Source: Atractiella rhizophila
Taxonomy: Eukaryota
Direction: 5' to 3'
Assembly: GCA_021432655.1 (NCBI GenBank)
Contig: MU271647.1
Location: forward strand, 1 to 35,902
Length of the DNA: 35,902 nt
Below, one piece after another: positions 21,698 to 33,000 of this stretch. Numbering within the stretch: the stretch's first letter is position 1; the number at the start of each line of letters is the position of its first letter. The notes under the pieces are model-generated. The model worked only from the letters and a program-made list of their open reading frames with translations, searched no databases and had not been told where the DNA came from. The translations under genes were made by a program, and so were the position numbers.

Positions 21698-23613
21698 CTG
21701 TAACCAGAGCCATTTCGATTGTTTTTTTTTAGATTTGATATGTTATAGGGGGGGTGTTTAATGCTGGGGTGTTTGATGTGTTCTGGAAAACGCTTTGGGT
21801 GACAATCTGTCTGGGGAACAAGTGCAGGCAACAGGGTCTTTTATAACTTTTGGGGATCAAGGTTGCAATGCAAGTCATGTGGGGATGATTGGTTCTAAGA
21901 GCGATCAATCTATTCGACACAATGTGCCCTGTTACCACAGATTTGGGCACGTAGGATAACAACAAACAGATGCAAAGCTTAGGAGCCAGATGTATGGTAA
22001 GCCGGATGTGTGGTAAGCCGGATGTGTGGCCAGCCTGAGGTGCGGTGAGCCGGATGTGTGGTAAGCACGTAGGGATGGGCATTTGCACCAGACATCAGAA
22101 AGGGAAGTACCAGCTTGGTGTTAGAATGGGATTTAGGGTTGTTGAGAAGAATACAGCACGTTGATAACATATGGAGCATGTAGAGAGGCATCAGAAACAT
22201 TGAAGAAAAAGGGTTTGAATGGCAAAGAAAGGGTTGTTGCAACCAAAACCTGTCCGAGCAGAGGTGATCACTGCAGGGCAATTTTGTTGAAAACGTCCCC
22301 AGTCGATAGGTTATGGACACTGCTGTAGAGGGGGTGTAGAAAGTGCAATTTCGCTCAAAACGTCCCCAGTCGATAAGTTATCGACACTGGTGTAGAGGGG
22401 GTCACTGGAGGGCAATTTTGTTGAAAACGTCCCCAGTCGATAGGTTATCGACACTGGTGTAGAGGGGGTGTGGACAGCGCAATTTTGCTCGTCATGTTTG
22501 ACCATAATGATTCAAAACAAGCTCTTTAATATCTCACATTTGTTCAATCATTCTTAACATGTTTTCATTTTAATGGTAATACCATTAAACGGCTACATCA
22601 TCTTGATCATTTGTCATACATTCAAGTTTGTATATACCCCAAATTGATTCTACACAATTCAGCCCCTCGCTTGCGAAAGTATACATCCAATGCATGCACT
22701 ACTTTCAGCAGGGTATCAATCTATCCATGTTTGTAGCCAATCTTTAGCAGCTGCCTGGCCACGTTTCATGAAACTTTGGTTCTCAGACCGCTCAACACGA
22801 GGTGTCGATAACCTATCGACATGGGCCACTTTCAACAACATTGTACCCCTCAGACCCCTCTACCGAGGAGTCGATAACCTATCGACTTGGGACACTTTCA
22901 ACAAAATTGCACCCCTCAGACCCCTCTATACCTGGTGTCGATAACCTATCGACATGGGACACTTTCAACAAAATTGCACCCCTCAGACCCCTCTATACCT
23001 GATGTTGATAACCTATCGATCTGGTGCAGTTTTGCGAAAATTGCACTTATCGTTAATAATGTACAGAGAACAGATTTCTAAACTGCTGTAAATTTATTTT
23101 GCAACTTTGAATGTACTTTGTTTTTTTTGGACATATATGCCAAGTATGAACCAAAGCTCTCCAATGAAGCAAGGATTTCAATATATGTGTTCTAAGATGT
23201 CTTAGAGAGGACATTGCCTGTGCCTGCGAGTGTTTATACGTACATGACATTTTGACTGGATTGTTATTCCTATCTATGGCAGGGTTCTACCTTGGTCGAC
23301 TAAGAGACAACAGTTTTGTAGTGATGCTGTTTTTATTGGAGCAGGGTCGCACCTTGGGTGCCTAGGAGGCAAGGATATAGCCAGGATCCTGTTCCTGGCA
23401 GAGGCAGTGTTGGAACCTGAGCGGCATGGAGGGGCAAGGATATAGCCAGGATCCTGTTCCTGGCAGAGGCAGTGTTGGAACCTGAGCGGCATGGAGGGGC
23501 AAGGATATAGCCAGGATCCTGTTTGTGACATACACAGGGTTGTACCCTAGGCGGCGAGGAGGCAAGGATGTAGGTGGGATCCTGTTCCTGATAGCATCAG
23601 GGTCGTACCCTGG
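21698..23613 (-). mobile_element. Element A copy 2 (tip missing; internal 324-bp deletion; 3 left + 4 right 67-bp units)
   Basis: Collinear with 26584-28640. Deletion junction at 22490/22491. Breaks off inside the ~63-bp array at 23613. Confidence 0.88.
21985..22068 (+). repeat. 17-bp AGCCGGATGTGTGGT(A/G)-type short tandem repeats of element A (also at ~26858-26970)
   Basis: Read directly. Unit arrangement differs between copies 2 and 3. Confidence 0.85.
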
Positions 23614-26599
23614 ATTGTATTCTCCTTGATAGTTGAAGACCCCATGCACCACCGCTTCACGGACCTTGTCCCGGTTTGGGGTAGTGGAGGTGTTTTTGTA
23701 AAGGTGGTGCAGATAGGCTAAGGTCCCTGTCGCAGTCATGGTCTTTCCGAGACCGACCGAATCGCACAGGAACCAACATCGATGTTCTGCCCACGCTAAC
23801 TGTGAGTCGGTGGCAGAATGGAGTCCTTTCACGATGGAGTGGATTCCTTTGACTTGGTGACCGAAGAAGGGTTCCCCTTCCCCCAGGTCCCCCAGCTTCT
23901 TTTCTTTCTGGTCCTTGATGGGGTAGACTGTCGACCGGAAACCAGGGAATGGTTTGTCTGTCTCTAGACCCATGTCCGTCATGACTTCATCCTTCGTGAG
24001 CGTGGCGACCTCATTCACTCCGAGATCTCCGGCCAAAGCTTTCTCCATCGCCCACACTGTCTTCTCTGCTACTCCATCCAAGGATGGGCTTTCCATCAAA
24101 GTGACAATCTCCTCCACATTGCTCGTACTGGCTCCAAAGTTCCACTCCATGGCCAAGGCGCTCCTCTCGTCGTCCTCCATCTCAAACTTCAGCCGTCGTA
24201 CCTGTCCATCTCTCCATATATGGTCGCTATGGAGCAGAGACACTCACCATGTTCCTGGCTCTGCAACGATGTAAGGATTATTCCTTTGTCCATGATGAAT
24301 CCCTCGATCTGATCCATGACAAAGGCGATGGTCTTCTCTCGAAAAGATACGGGATGTCGAAGGAGATCAAGACTCCATGTGGAGTATGTTGAGTGACTTG
24401 TCGGCAAAGATATAGGAGTTCGATCGCTTGCTGTTCATGGAGTCAATCTGTGCTTGTTTGGTGAGGATCCCTTACATCTGCCTTGACGGTTTCTGCATCC
24501 AACGTCTTCTCCTCGTCTGGCTTGTCCCAGCTAGGCATCAACTCTGTCCTCATCGTCAGTTTGCCTAAAAGCACTGGGGCTGCATACTATCTAGGATGAT
24601 GGTGATGTCTCTCCAGTTCTCCATAGCCCTGTCGTATTGTCGACGGAACGTGAGAGCCAGTGGTTCGAACACTTTTCTTGCGAATGCGGCCTGAGCTGCT
24701 TTCTCGCAGTACCTGTCCAGATTGCCTTCCTTGTCTTCCGCTGTCGAGTGGGTCAGCCTGTTGTCTCAAAGATGTGAGGACTCACCTTCGTGACCACACC
24801 AGAGCTTTGTGATGGCGATCCTTCCGGCTTGACAAGTGCTCCATGCCTGATCAGCTGTTTTCGGTTGGCAGTTGTTCAGCACTACTTTGGCCTGTGATCT
24901 TTCTCAGTCACTCGAATGTGATTTTCACTCAGCCCTCACCTTTGCCATGGTGGGGTCGAGCCTATCGATGTGCACAAAGCTTCCAGCGGGGTTCCCATAT
25001 ATCGCTTGATCCACTTTGGTGGTTTCTGTGTAGTGATGGAGTGCCCAGGGTACCATTCCAAATTCCTGTGCCAACCGTAGCAGTTCGACACTGACTGGTT
25101 CGCTTTTTTTGTAGAAGATGGATTTGACCACTTCCTTGCCGAATTTGGCCTGGCGAAGGGCAGGAGGCAGGTCCTCAAGTTGATACCCTCGACGATCAAT
25201 GGCCACCGCCGTGTTTTGTTTGTACTTGTCGATGAAGGCGGCTCTATTTGCAAGTGAATCGATTGTTGCCTGGGATAACACGTGTATCTTCGCGTGCTCT
25301 GCCAATGGCTCATATCCAAATTCGTACCACAAGAAGAGTGGGGCCAAGGTGGGAAAGTCTGTGAACTGGCGTAGACGGACGCTTCCATCTTCCAACGTGA
25401 TCCTCCTGCAGCACTCTTAGCTCTATCATCCAGACGGTGTTACTTACCCTAGATGTGGAGACATGAAGTTGAATGGGAGCTTTATTGTCCCTCCCTTGCT
25501 TGTCTCTGGTGTCATGACACTGCACCATGGTCAGCAAGCCCAATGAGGATGAATATCGCTGACCGTAACGCTTCTTCCCAGTCCATATTGACCAGTTTCT
25601 TCCCTACCCTCTTCTTCCCTTCAGTCTTTCTCTTCTTTGCGGCTGGCGTTTTCTTCTCCTTCGCTCTCTTCTCCGCTTCGCTTTCTGACGATGTCTCCTC
25701 TGAAACATCAACGTCCGTAATCCCACGTTTCTGTCTCGGGTGCCGATCTTCCTCGCTCGATTCCCCCCCCACCAGCCCCTCCACTTCCCCTCTTCCTTGA
25801 CATTCCTTCGTGCCCTCCTTGTCCCACCTTAGCGGATGTCCCACCATGTCTCTTCCCTCCATGGTCAACAGAAGTACTATTTCTCTTTGCACTCTTTTGC
25901 GGTTTGTTTCTCCCACTCGTTCCAGTGACTACCTTTGAACTTGGAGCATTGGACGGCACCATGCCAGTTGCTTTCGAAATCGTGGGTAAATCGTGACAGG
26001 AGCTCTTCGAGCGGAGTGAGTGAAGACGATCGTATTCTGGGGGCCTAGCTTGTCGCGTTGCAGATTTCAGCATACCCAGACTGATATGACGAAGACCGAC
26101 TGGTCTCTGCAACTTTGTTGGTCCTGCTGATGCAGGAGAGATCGGGTGGGCCTTGAACCTTGGCTGCTTGTTCAGAGCGAGCCTTGCTAGCTTTGCCTTC
26201 CTCGCCCGCTTTGCCTGTAGACGTGGGTGTGCAATGATGGTTCGCCAGCCTTCATTGTCAGGGCCAGTGCTGATCACATGGCCACCTGCTCTGAATGCCC
26301 CAAGCCCGGAGATGGGCTTTGTATGGGGCAGCCTTTTCTTAGCTGGGCCAGACTGAGCTTGTCCTATATCTGAGTCAGCATGATGATCACTGAGGCATTA
26401 TAGGGCTAGGAGTTCTACTTTTAACTGATCCACTGGACGGGTCTATATTGTTCACATGGATGGGCACAAACTTGATGATAGGTCTCGCCACATCTACCTT
26501 GGGGCAGGAGTTGATCTTGTGAGCCAATTGGGGACTGAAAGCCAATCCGGGTCCGAATGAAACAGAGTGAGAAGGAAACGCAGCTGTAACTAAAGCCAT
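23614..26599 (-). pseudogene. Large multi-exon gene ending in the N-terminus of an SNF2-like helicase/ATPase domain; frameshifted, truncated after Walker A
   Basis: Starts MALVTAAFP at 26599, with frameshifts at ~26395, ~25750 and ~25530 and a GTAAGT...CAG intron at ~25408-25448. PFFGHQVKGI (Q-motif-like) and FLCDSVGLGKTMTA (SNF2 Walker A, cf. LADEMGLGKT) at ~23730-23880. Confidence 0.75.
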
Positions 26600-28734
26600 T
26601 TCGATTGTTTTTTTTTAGATTTGATATGTTAATGGGGGGTGTTTAACGCTTGGGTGTTTCATGTGTTCTGGAAAAACGCTTTGGGTCTGGGGAACAAGTG
26701 CAGGCAACAGGGTCTTTTATAACTTTTGGGATCAAGGTTGCAATGCAAGTCATGTGGGGATGATTGGTTCTAAGAGCGATCAATCTATTCAACACAATGT
26801 GTCCTGTTACCACAGATGTGGGCATGTAGGACAACAACAAACAGATGCACAGCTTAGGAGCCAGATGTATGGTGAGCCGGATGTGTCGCCAGCCTGAGGT
26901 GCGGTGAGCTGGATGTGTGAGGTGCGGTGAGCCGGATGTGTGAGGTGCGGTGAGCCGGATGTGTGGTAAGCACAGAGGAATGGGCTTTTGCACCAGACAT
27001 CAGAAAGGGAAGTAACAGCTTGGTGTTAAAATGGGATTTAGGGTTGTTGAGAAGAATACTGCACTTTGATAACATATGGAGCATGTAGAGAGGCATCAGA
27101 AACATTGAAGAAAAAGGGTTTAAATGGCAAAGAAAGGGTTGTTGCAACCAAAACCTCTCTGAGCAGAGGGGTCACTGCAGGGCAATTTTGTTGAAAACAT
27201 CCCCAGTCGATAGGTTATCAACACTGGTGTACAGCGGGTGTGGAAAGTGCAATTTCGCTCAAAACGTCCCCAGTCGATAGGTTATCGAGGCTATCGAGAC
27301 TGGTGTAGAGGGGGTCTGGACAGCGCAATTTTGCTCCAAACATTCTAATCTCTTGCTCATCACCAAAGGTGGCTAATGAGGATGTGGCGACAAAGTTCAT
27401 ATATACATGCAATTTCCATATGAATGATATGTCACTCCCACAGAGGTGCTCTAGCTCTATACGCTTCACCTGAAAAAATGTTCCTACACACCACCCTCAT
27501 CATTACATGTTTTACAATCTCGCTCACACTTATGTTACAATTACTAAAAGATGTAAAAATTACAAGGGGTTCAGAATAGCTTAACACGCCTGTCTTCCTG
27601 AAAGTTTCAGCAATGACCTTGTTCATTGGCACTAAAACCGTTATTGATCATCTGTTTATCGTCATATTTGACCATAATGATTCAAAACAAGCTCTTTAAT
27701 AGCTCACATTTGTTCAATCATTCTTAACATGTTTTCATTTTAATGGTATTACTATTAAACGGCTACATCATCTTGATCATTTGTCATACATTCAAGTTTG
27801 TATATACCCCAAATTGATTCTACACAATTCAGCCCCTCACTTGCGAAAGTATACATCCAATGCATGCACTACTTTCAGCAGGGTATCAATCTATCCATGT
27901 CTGTAGCCAATCTTTAGCGGCTGTCTTGCCGCGTTTCATGAAACTTTGGTTCTCAGACCCCTCTACACGAGGTGTCGATAACCTATCGACATGGGCCACT
28001 TTCAACAAAATTGTACTCATGAGACACCTCTACACGAGGTGTCGATAACCTATCGACATGGGACACTTTCAACAAAATTGCACCCCTCAGACCCATCTCT
28101 ACCTGATGTCGATAGCCTATCAATCTGGTGCAGTTTTGCGAAAATTGCACTTATCATTAATAATGTACAGAGAACAGATATCTAAGCTACTATAAATTAA
28201 TTTTCCAACTTTGAAAGTACTTTGTTCAACTGGACATATATGACAAATATGAACCAAAGCTCTCCAATGAAGCAAGGATTTCAATATATAAGTGTTTTAA
28301 GATGTCTTAGAGAGGACATTGCCTGTGCCTGCGAGTGTTTATATACGTACATGACATTTTGACTGGATTGTTATTCCTATCTATGGCAGGGTTCTACCCT
28401 GGTCGACTAAGTGACAACAGTTTTGTAATGATGCTGTTTTTATTGGGCCAGGGTCGCACCTTGGGTGCCTAGGAGGCAAGGATATTGCCAGGATCCTGTT
28501 CCTGGCAGAGGCAGTGTTGGAACCTGAACGTCATGGAGGGGCAAGGATATAGCCAGGATCCTGTTTGTGACACAGGCAGGGTTGTACCCTAGGCGGCGAG
28601 GAGGCAAGGATGTAGGCGGAATCCTGTTCCCGACAAGCATCAGGGTCGTATCCTGGGTGCCTAAGAGGCAAGGATGTAGCCAGGATCTTGTCCCTGACAG
28701 AGGTAGGGTTGTACCCTAGGCAGCTAGGAGGCAA
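26584..28734 (-). mobile_element. Element A copy 3 (most complete; 2 left + 3 right 67-bp units; tip displaced to 33315-33375 by inversion)
   Basis: Collinear with copies 1 and 2. Lacks both the solo LTR and the deletion. Ends at ...GGAGGCAA 28734, just before the tip sequence. Confidence 0.88.
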
Positions 28735-29983
28735 CATTGACATGTTTCTCGATGCATGGGATGACATGTGCGGGATTGCCCTGTGGACAACTGTGGAAGA
28801 TAAGAAGGCGAACTTCCACCACCTGCTACCTAGAAGTGCGGAAACGAGGAGGTACTTTGAGGAAAAGAGGGAGGAGATCGGGACGGAGGTACAGTGGGAG
28901 GCGTTTATGGAGGGATTTCAGAAGCGGTTTGGAGGAAAGACGACGTCGGCCAAGAAAGTAGCCAGTCCCTCGGTCCAATTTATGAACATCCTGTTTGAAT
29001 GTACGCATTGGACTATCTTAGAGCTAACCGCGACGGAGGAGATGGGGAGAGACAGGAGAGTAGAGTACGGATATGTGAGGCTGGTGGAGAAACTGAAGGC
29101 AGCATCAGACCAGTTGACAGAGGTAACAGATGCCCACAAGCTGGAAATGATCCTGTCCAAGGTTCCACCGATCCTACTCGAACTGGTTCCTAGCCTCCAC
29201 GGAAGCACCACGCCGGACGCGTTCTGCACATCCTTGGCCGCACAACGACCAGAGATCTTCCAACAACGGATCGAGGCAGAAGAGAGGGAGGAGCGGAACT
29301 TAATGATGGAAGCAAGGCTGGGAGCATTCGAAGACGTAGTGGGAGCAAGGATGGGGTGGTGGGGAGACAAGGCTCAGGTTCAGCCGGGTCTAACAAGGGC
29401 GACACCGACACGAGCTCAGGACCTGAGGCCCCAGACCAGACCGTCGTACCCCCCACCTTTCCCGGTAGCAATGTCCTCCTCGGTGTTTGTCACTCCGTCG
29501 AGTTTGTTCGTAGCACCGGACCCCTCGTCTAGCGAGTATATCAATGGCACCTACCTACACCCCCAGATCACTTTCGAAGCCATGGGAGCGGGGAAGGCTG
29601 CTTACCAGGCTGCAATGAAGGAATACAAGCTCTTGGTTGATCAAGGAACGATCCCACCTCCAAAGGATAGGAGGGCATCCTTTTGGCCGTACCCCCTCAC
29701 TCCCGGAACGAGACCAGCGGCGAGTGGAGAAGGTTTCCGCTGTGGTCAGGAGGGATGCCGCAGCCCCTGCAGTCACCCAAAGAGGGTACCAGAGGAGGAG
29801 GCGGAGTACAGGAGGCGGTTAGGGATGCGGATTCTTGCGGCAAGAGCCAATGAGAAGAAACGAGGCCGGGAAACGGATAAGCTGATGCTACACGACGGAG
29901 GCAGGGAGGAGGACGAGGACGAGAGTAGGCTGGCAGAGGAACAAGCACTGTATGACGAGCAGGGTTTTCCGACGAGGGAATGA
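28735..29983 (+). CDS. Ty3/Gypsy gag, main part (N-terminus separated by inversion)
   Basis: Open frame directly upstream of pol. C-terminal YPLTPGT...GEGFRCGQEGCRSPC is a degenerate zinc-knuckle region. The first 15 codons of ORF 28688 come from element A repeats. Confidence 0.8.
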
Positions 29984-30023
29984 ATGATGGGTCACCTCAT
30001 TCCCTGCAACCGTTGCTAGACCC
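29962..30023 (+). promoter_or_regulatory. Putative -1 programmed ribosomal frameshift signal (G_GGT_TTT plus stem-loop/pseudoknot)
   Basis: Heptamer 29962-29968 is in X XXY YYZ phase with gag, and pol is in the -1 frame, open from 29956. 9-bp stem AGGGAATGA (29975-83)/TCATTCCCT (29997-30005). Loop GGGTC can pair with GACCC (30019-23). Confidence 0.8.
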
Positions 30024-33000
30024 TGACACCCTGTTGATCCTGCCTGAATTACGACCCCCGTCCCCTTCCCCCCCTCCTTTATCCCCTTCAGCCTACCAAC
30101 TTGCGCCTCCCCCATTTAGACGACGGAATAGACCGAACAGGACGGAGACCCTGATCCCACGCTCGCCTCCCCCGATGCCGGAACGAGAAACACCACCACA
30201 CCTGAGGAGGTCAGTTAGGCTCTCGAATGAACATACGGAGACGGTCAGCACCACCGAGGCAAAGCTAGCACCAACTATGCTCCCAGAGAAAAAGAAGATA
30301 AGGCCGAGCAAAGCAAGGGATGTAGGGCCATTAGTCCCCCCATCCCGACCGTTCGTGCCAAAGCCACTTGTCATCCCGAGGGTGCATATCACGCCACCCT
30401 CACCCTCGCCTTCACACCTCACGATCCCGGACCCAGCGTCCCTCCATCCAATCGCACCACCAGAACACAACTCCCCCCTCGACAGTTCAGAGCCGATCGA
30501 TATCGTACCGGAAGGGACACCAGTCTATGACCTGAACGAACTGCAGAAGAAGTTGGGAGCAAAGGAGAAGATATTCACATCAGACGAATTCCGATTCGGG
30601 GAAGATGGACGGAGAGAGAAAGGGACAATACTGGATACAGGAGCCACGCGATGCTTCATGGACAAGGCTTTCTACCTCCTCCAAGAAGCTCGATTCGGAC
30701 CGCTGACAAAGGCGGAACACATGGTCAGGATTGGAGACAACCGGGCCTTGCCAGTGGACGGGACCTTCGTTACGCGGGTACGAACCCTCCTGTCGGATGT
30801 GCAGGTCGAATTCTCTGTGTTCGACTCACGGGGTTGCTTTCCTATCATCCTGGGAAAACCGTGGCTTCGAGCAGCGGAGGCCAACTTCTTCGGGAAACAT
30901 GATGTCCTCTGGCTGCCATCTGCAACACACCCAGCAAGGTGGGAAGCACTCACTAACTCATCGGTCCCCCCTGGAAAGAAACGCTCCAGCTTTCCGCAGA
31001 CTCTGCAAGCATACGTTCAAGAGCTGGAAGCAGAAAGGTGGCAGAACACAGCGGGAAAAACGAAGGAGGAGGAAGGAGTATCGTCCCTTCTCGCGCACTG
31101 GCACGAAGAAATGGGTGATGAGGAAGGCGCAAGGAGGGTGGTCGAAATGTTGACAATGAAGGAGGCGGACAGGAGGATGGAAGAGGAGGAGGAGGTTCCA
31201 CTGTTCGATTTCTTGCTGGCAAGAGGAGCAGCTGAACCGGGCGAAGTTGACAGCCGCGCCACACACATCCCCTTCCTCTCCCTCTCCAGCGAGGACCTCC
31301 CAGCAGAACTGGTACAGCGGGTAGGTGAGCTAACTGAGACGGATATGGAAACAGCAGCAGCCAGCCCACTCTCGAAGGAAACGTTGCAATGCCTTCTGGT
31401 GGGGACGGAGGAGGAGGAAATGAAGGAGAAAGGGAGCGAGAGAGTTGCGGCGATTCTCAGTGCCATCCAGTTCGGGGACTCCAATAGGAGGAACTTGGAA
31501 CCGGGTCAACTTCAGCAACTAAAGGACCTTGTAACCGAATACCAGGACGTGTTCGCACTAGGATTAGACGACATGGAACCAACTACCCTAGTTGAACATC
31601 AGATTCCTTTGAAGAGTGGGGCCGTACCTCACCTGAGCACCTCATCCCCCCCAATGACACCTCCGCAGCGCAAGTGGGTATACGACAAAATTGAGAAACT
31701 GATTCAGTCGAAGGTGGTGGTGCCCATGACGAAGGAACAAGTCGCTGCCTCAGGATGGCTGGCTCGGATCAAGGTCGCCCCGAAACCAGCGCACGATGCA
31801 CCAGTCAATTCCCTCGCGGAATGGAGGGCGAAATGTGATGAAGGGTTAAGGGCTGTTGGGCTGGAACCCTACTTTGAGGGCAGGGAGGAGGAAGAACCGG
31901 CAGTGGAATCTCGTAATATGGAGGAGGGTGGGGAGCAGCGAGTTGGGCCATTACCCCCACAGAGTCCGGTTGCAGGGAAAGCAAGCTGGAGGTTGTGCAT
32001 CGCCTACATGAGGCTGAATGATGCTACAGAATATGTCAGCTTCCCGACACCAGACCTGGAGGCGAAGATCTTGAAAATGGCGGGGAAGAAGATCTACTCT
32101 GCCCTTGATTTCTTCTCAGGCTTCTTCGCAGTAAAAGTGCGGGAAGAGGACATACCAAAGACTGCCTTTCAAGTCGAAGGAAAAGGTTTCTTCGCCTACC
32201 GACTGATGCCCTTTGGACTGAGAGGTGCCCCCGCCACCTTTTGCACACTGATGGCGAAGGCTTTTGACGGACTAGTAGGCGACGAACTGGAAACATGGAT
32301 GGACGACCTAATCGCAGGACACGGGGATTTCACTCACCATATCGCCCTCCTCCGCACGGTGTTTGAGAGGTGCCGGGCAGCGAAGCTATACGTGTCTCCC
32401 CGGAAAACGATATTGGGCGTATCGAAGGTCCTCTTCTGCGGTTCTGTCCTGTCAGAAGTGGGTGTATCCAGCGACCCAGCCAAAGTAGACAAGATTGTCC
32501 ATTGTCCTACCCCTCGTACAGCTCACGATGCATTGTCCTTCGTCCACGTTGCAGGATACCTCCGCAACTTCATTCCACACTTTTCGAAAATCGCTGCCCC
32601 CATTAGTGGCTGCTGCTCCAAGATCGCCATCCCTGACTCGGACCGAGACCGTGAAGGGAAACCTAAGAAAGGTGCACAAAAGAGGGCACTGCTGAGGACA
32701 AAAGTGCAATGGGGGGAGGAGCAGCAGAAATCCTTTGCGGTGTTGAAAACCTTGGTTACGACACAACCCATTCTTCGGCCAGCAATATACGATGGACGGG
32801 TGTTCCACATTGAGGTAGATGCAAGCGCGGAAGGATTTGGAGCTGTCATACTCCAAGACTTCGACGATCCTTCCCCTCTCGATCCTTCGGAGATCAAACC
32901 TGCACGGCATCCTCTAGGCTATGCCTCCAAGCTGACGACCGACGCGGAGAAGAAGTACTCGCCAATGATGCTGGAATTAGCAGGATGCAGATGGGCTTTT

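Noticed and set aside
21699..23613. Element A as a long LTR because copies 2 and 3 begin TGTAAC, with 21699-28734 as an LTR retrotransposon
   Set aside because: No matching CA end, PBS, PPT or TSD. The other end is ...AGTAGA, the interior is SNF2-like, and the junction to gag at 28735 is explained by the inversion.
28688..28734. N-terminus of the 431-aa ORF as the real gag start
   Set aside because: These codons come from the element A repeat array. The matching gag N-terminus is at 33376-33449 on the minus strand.
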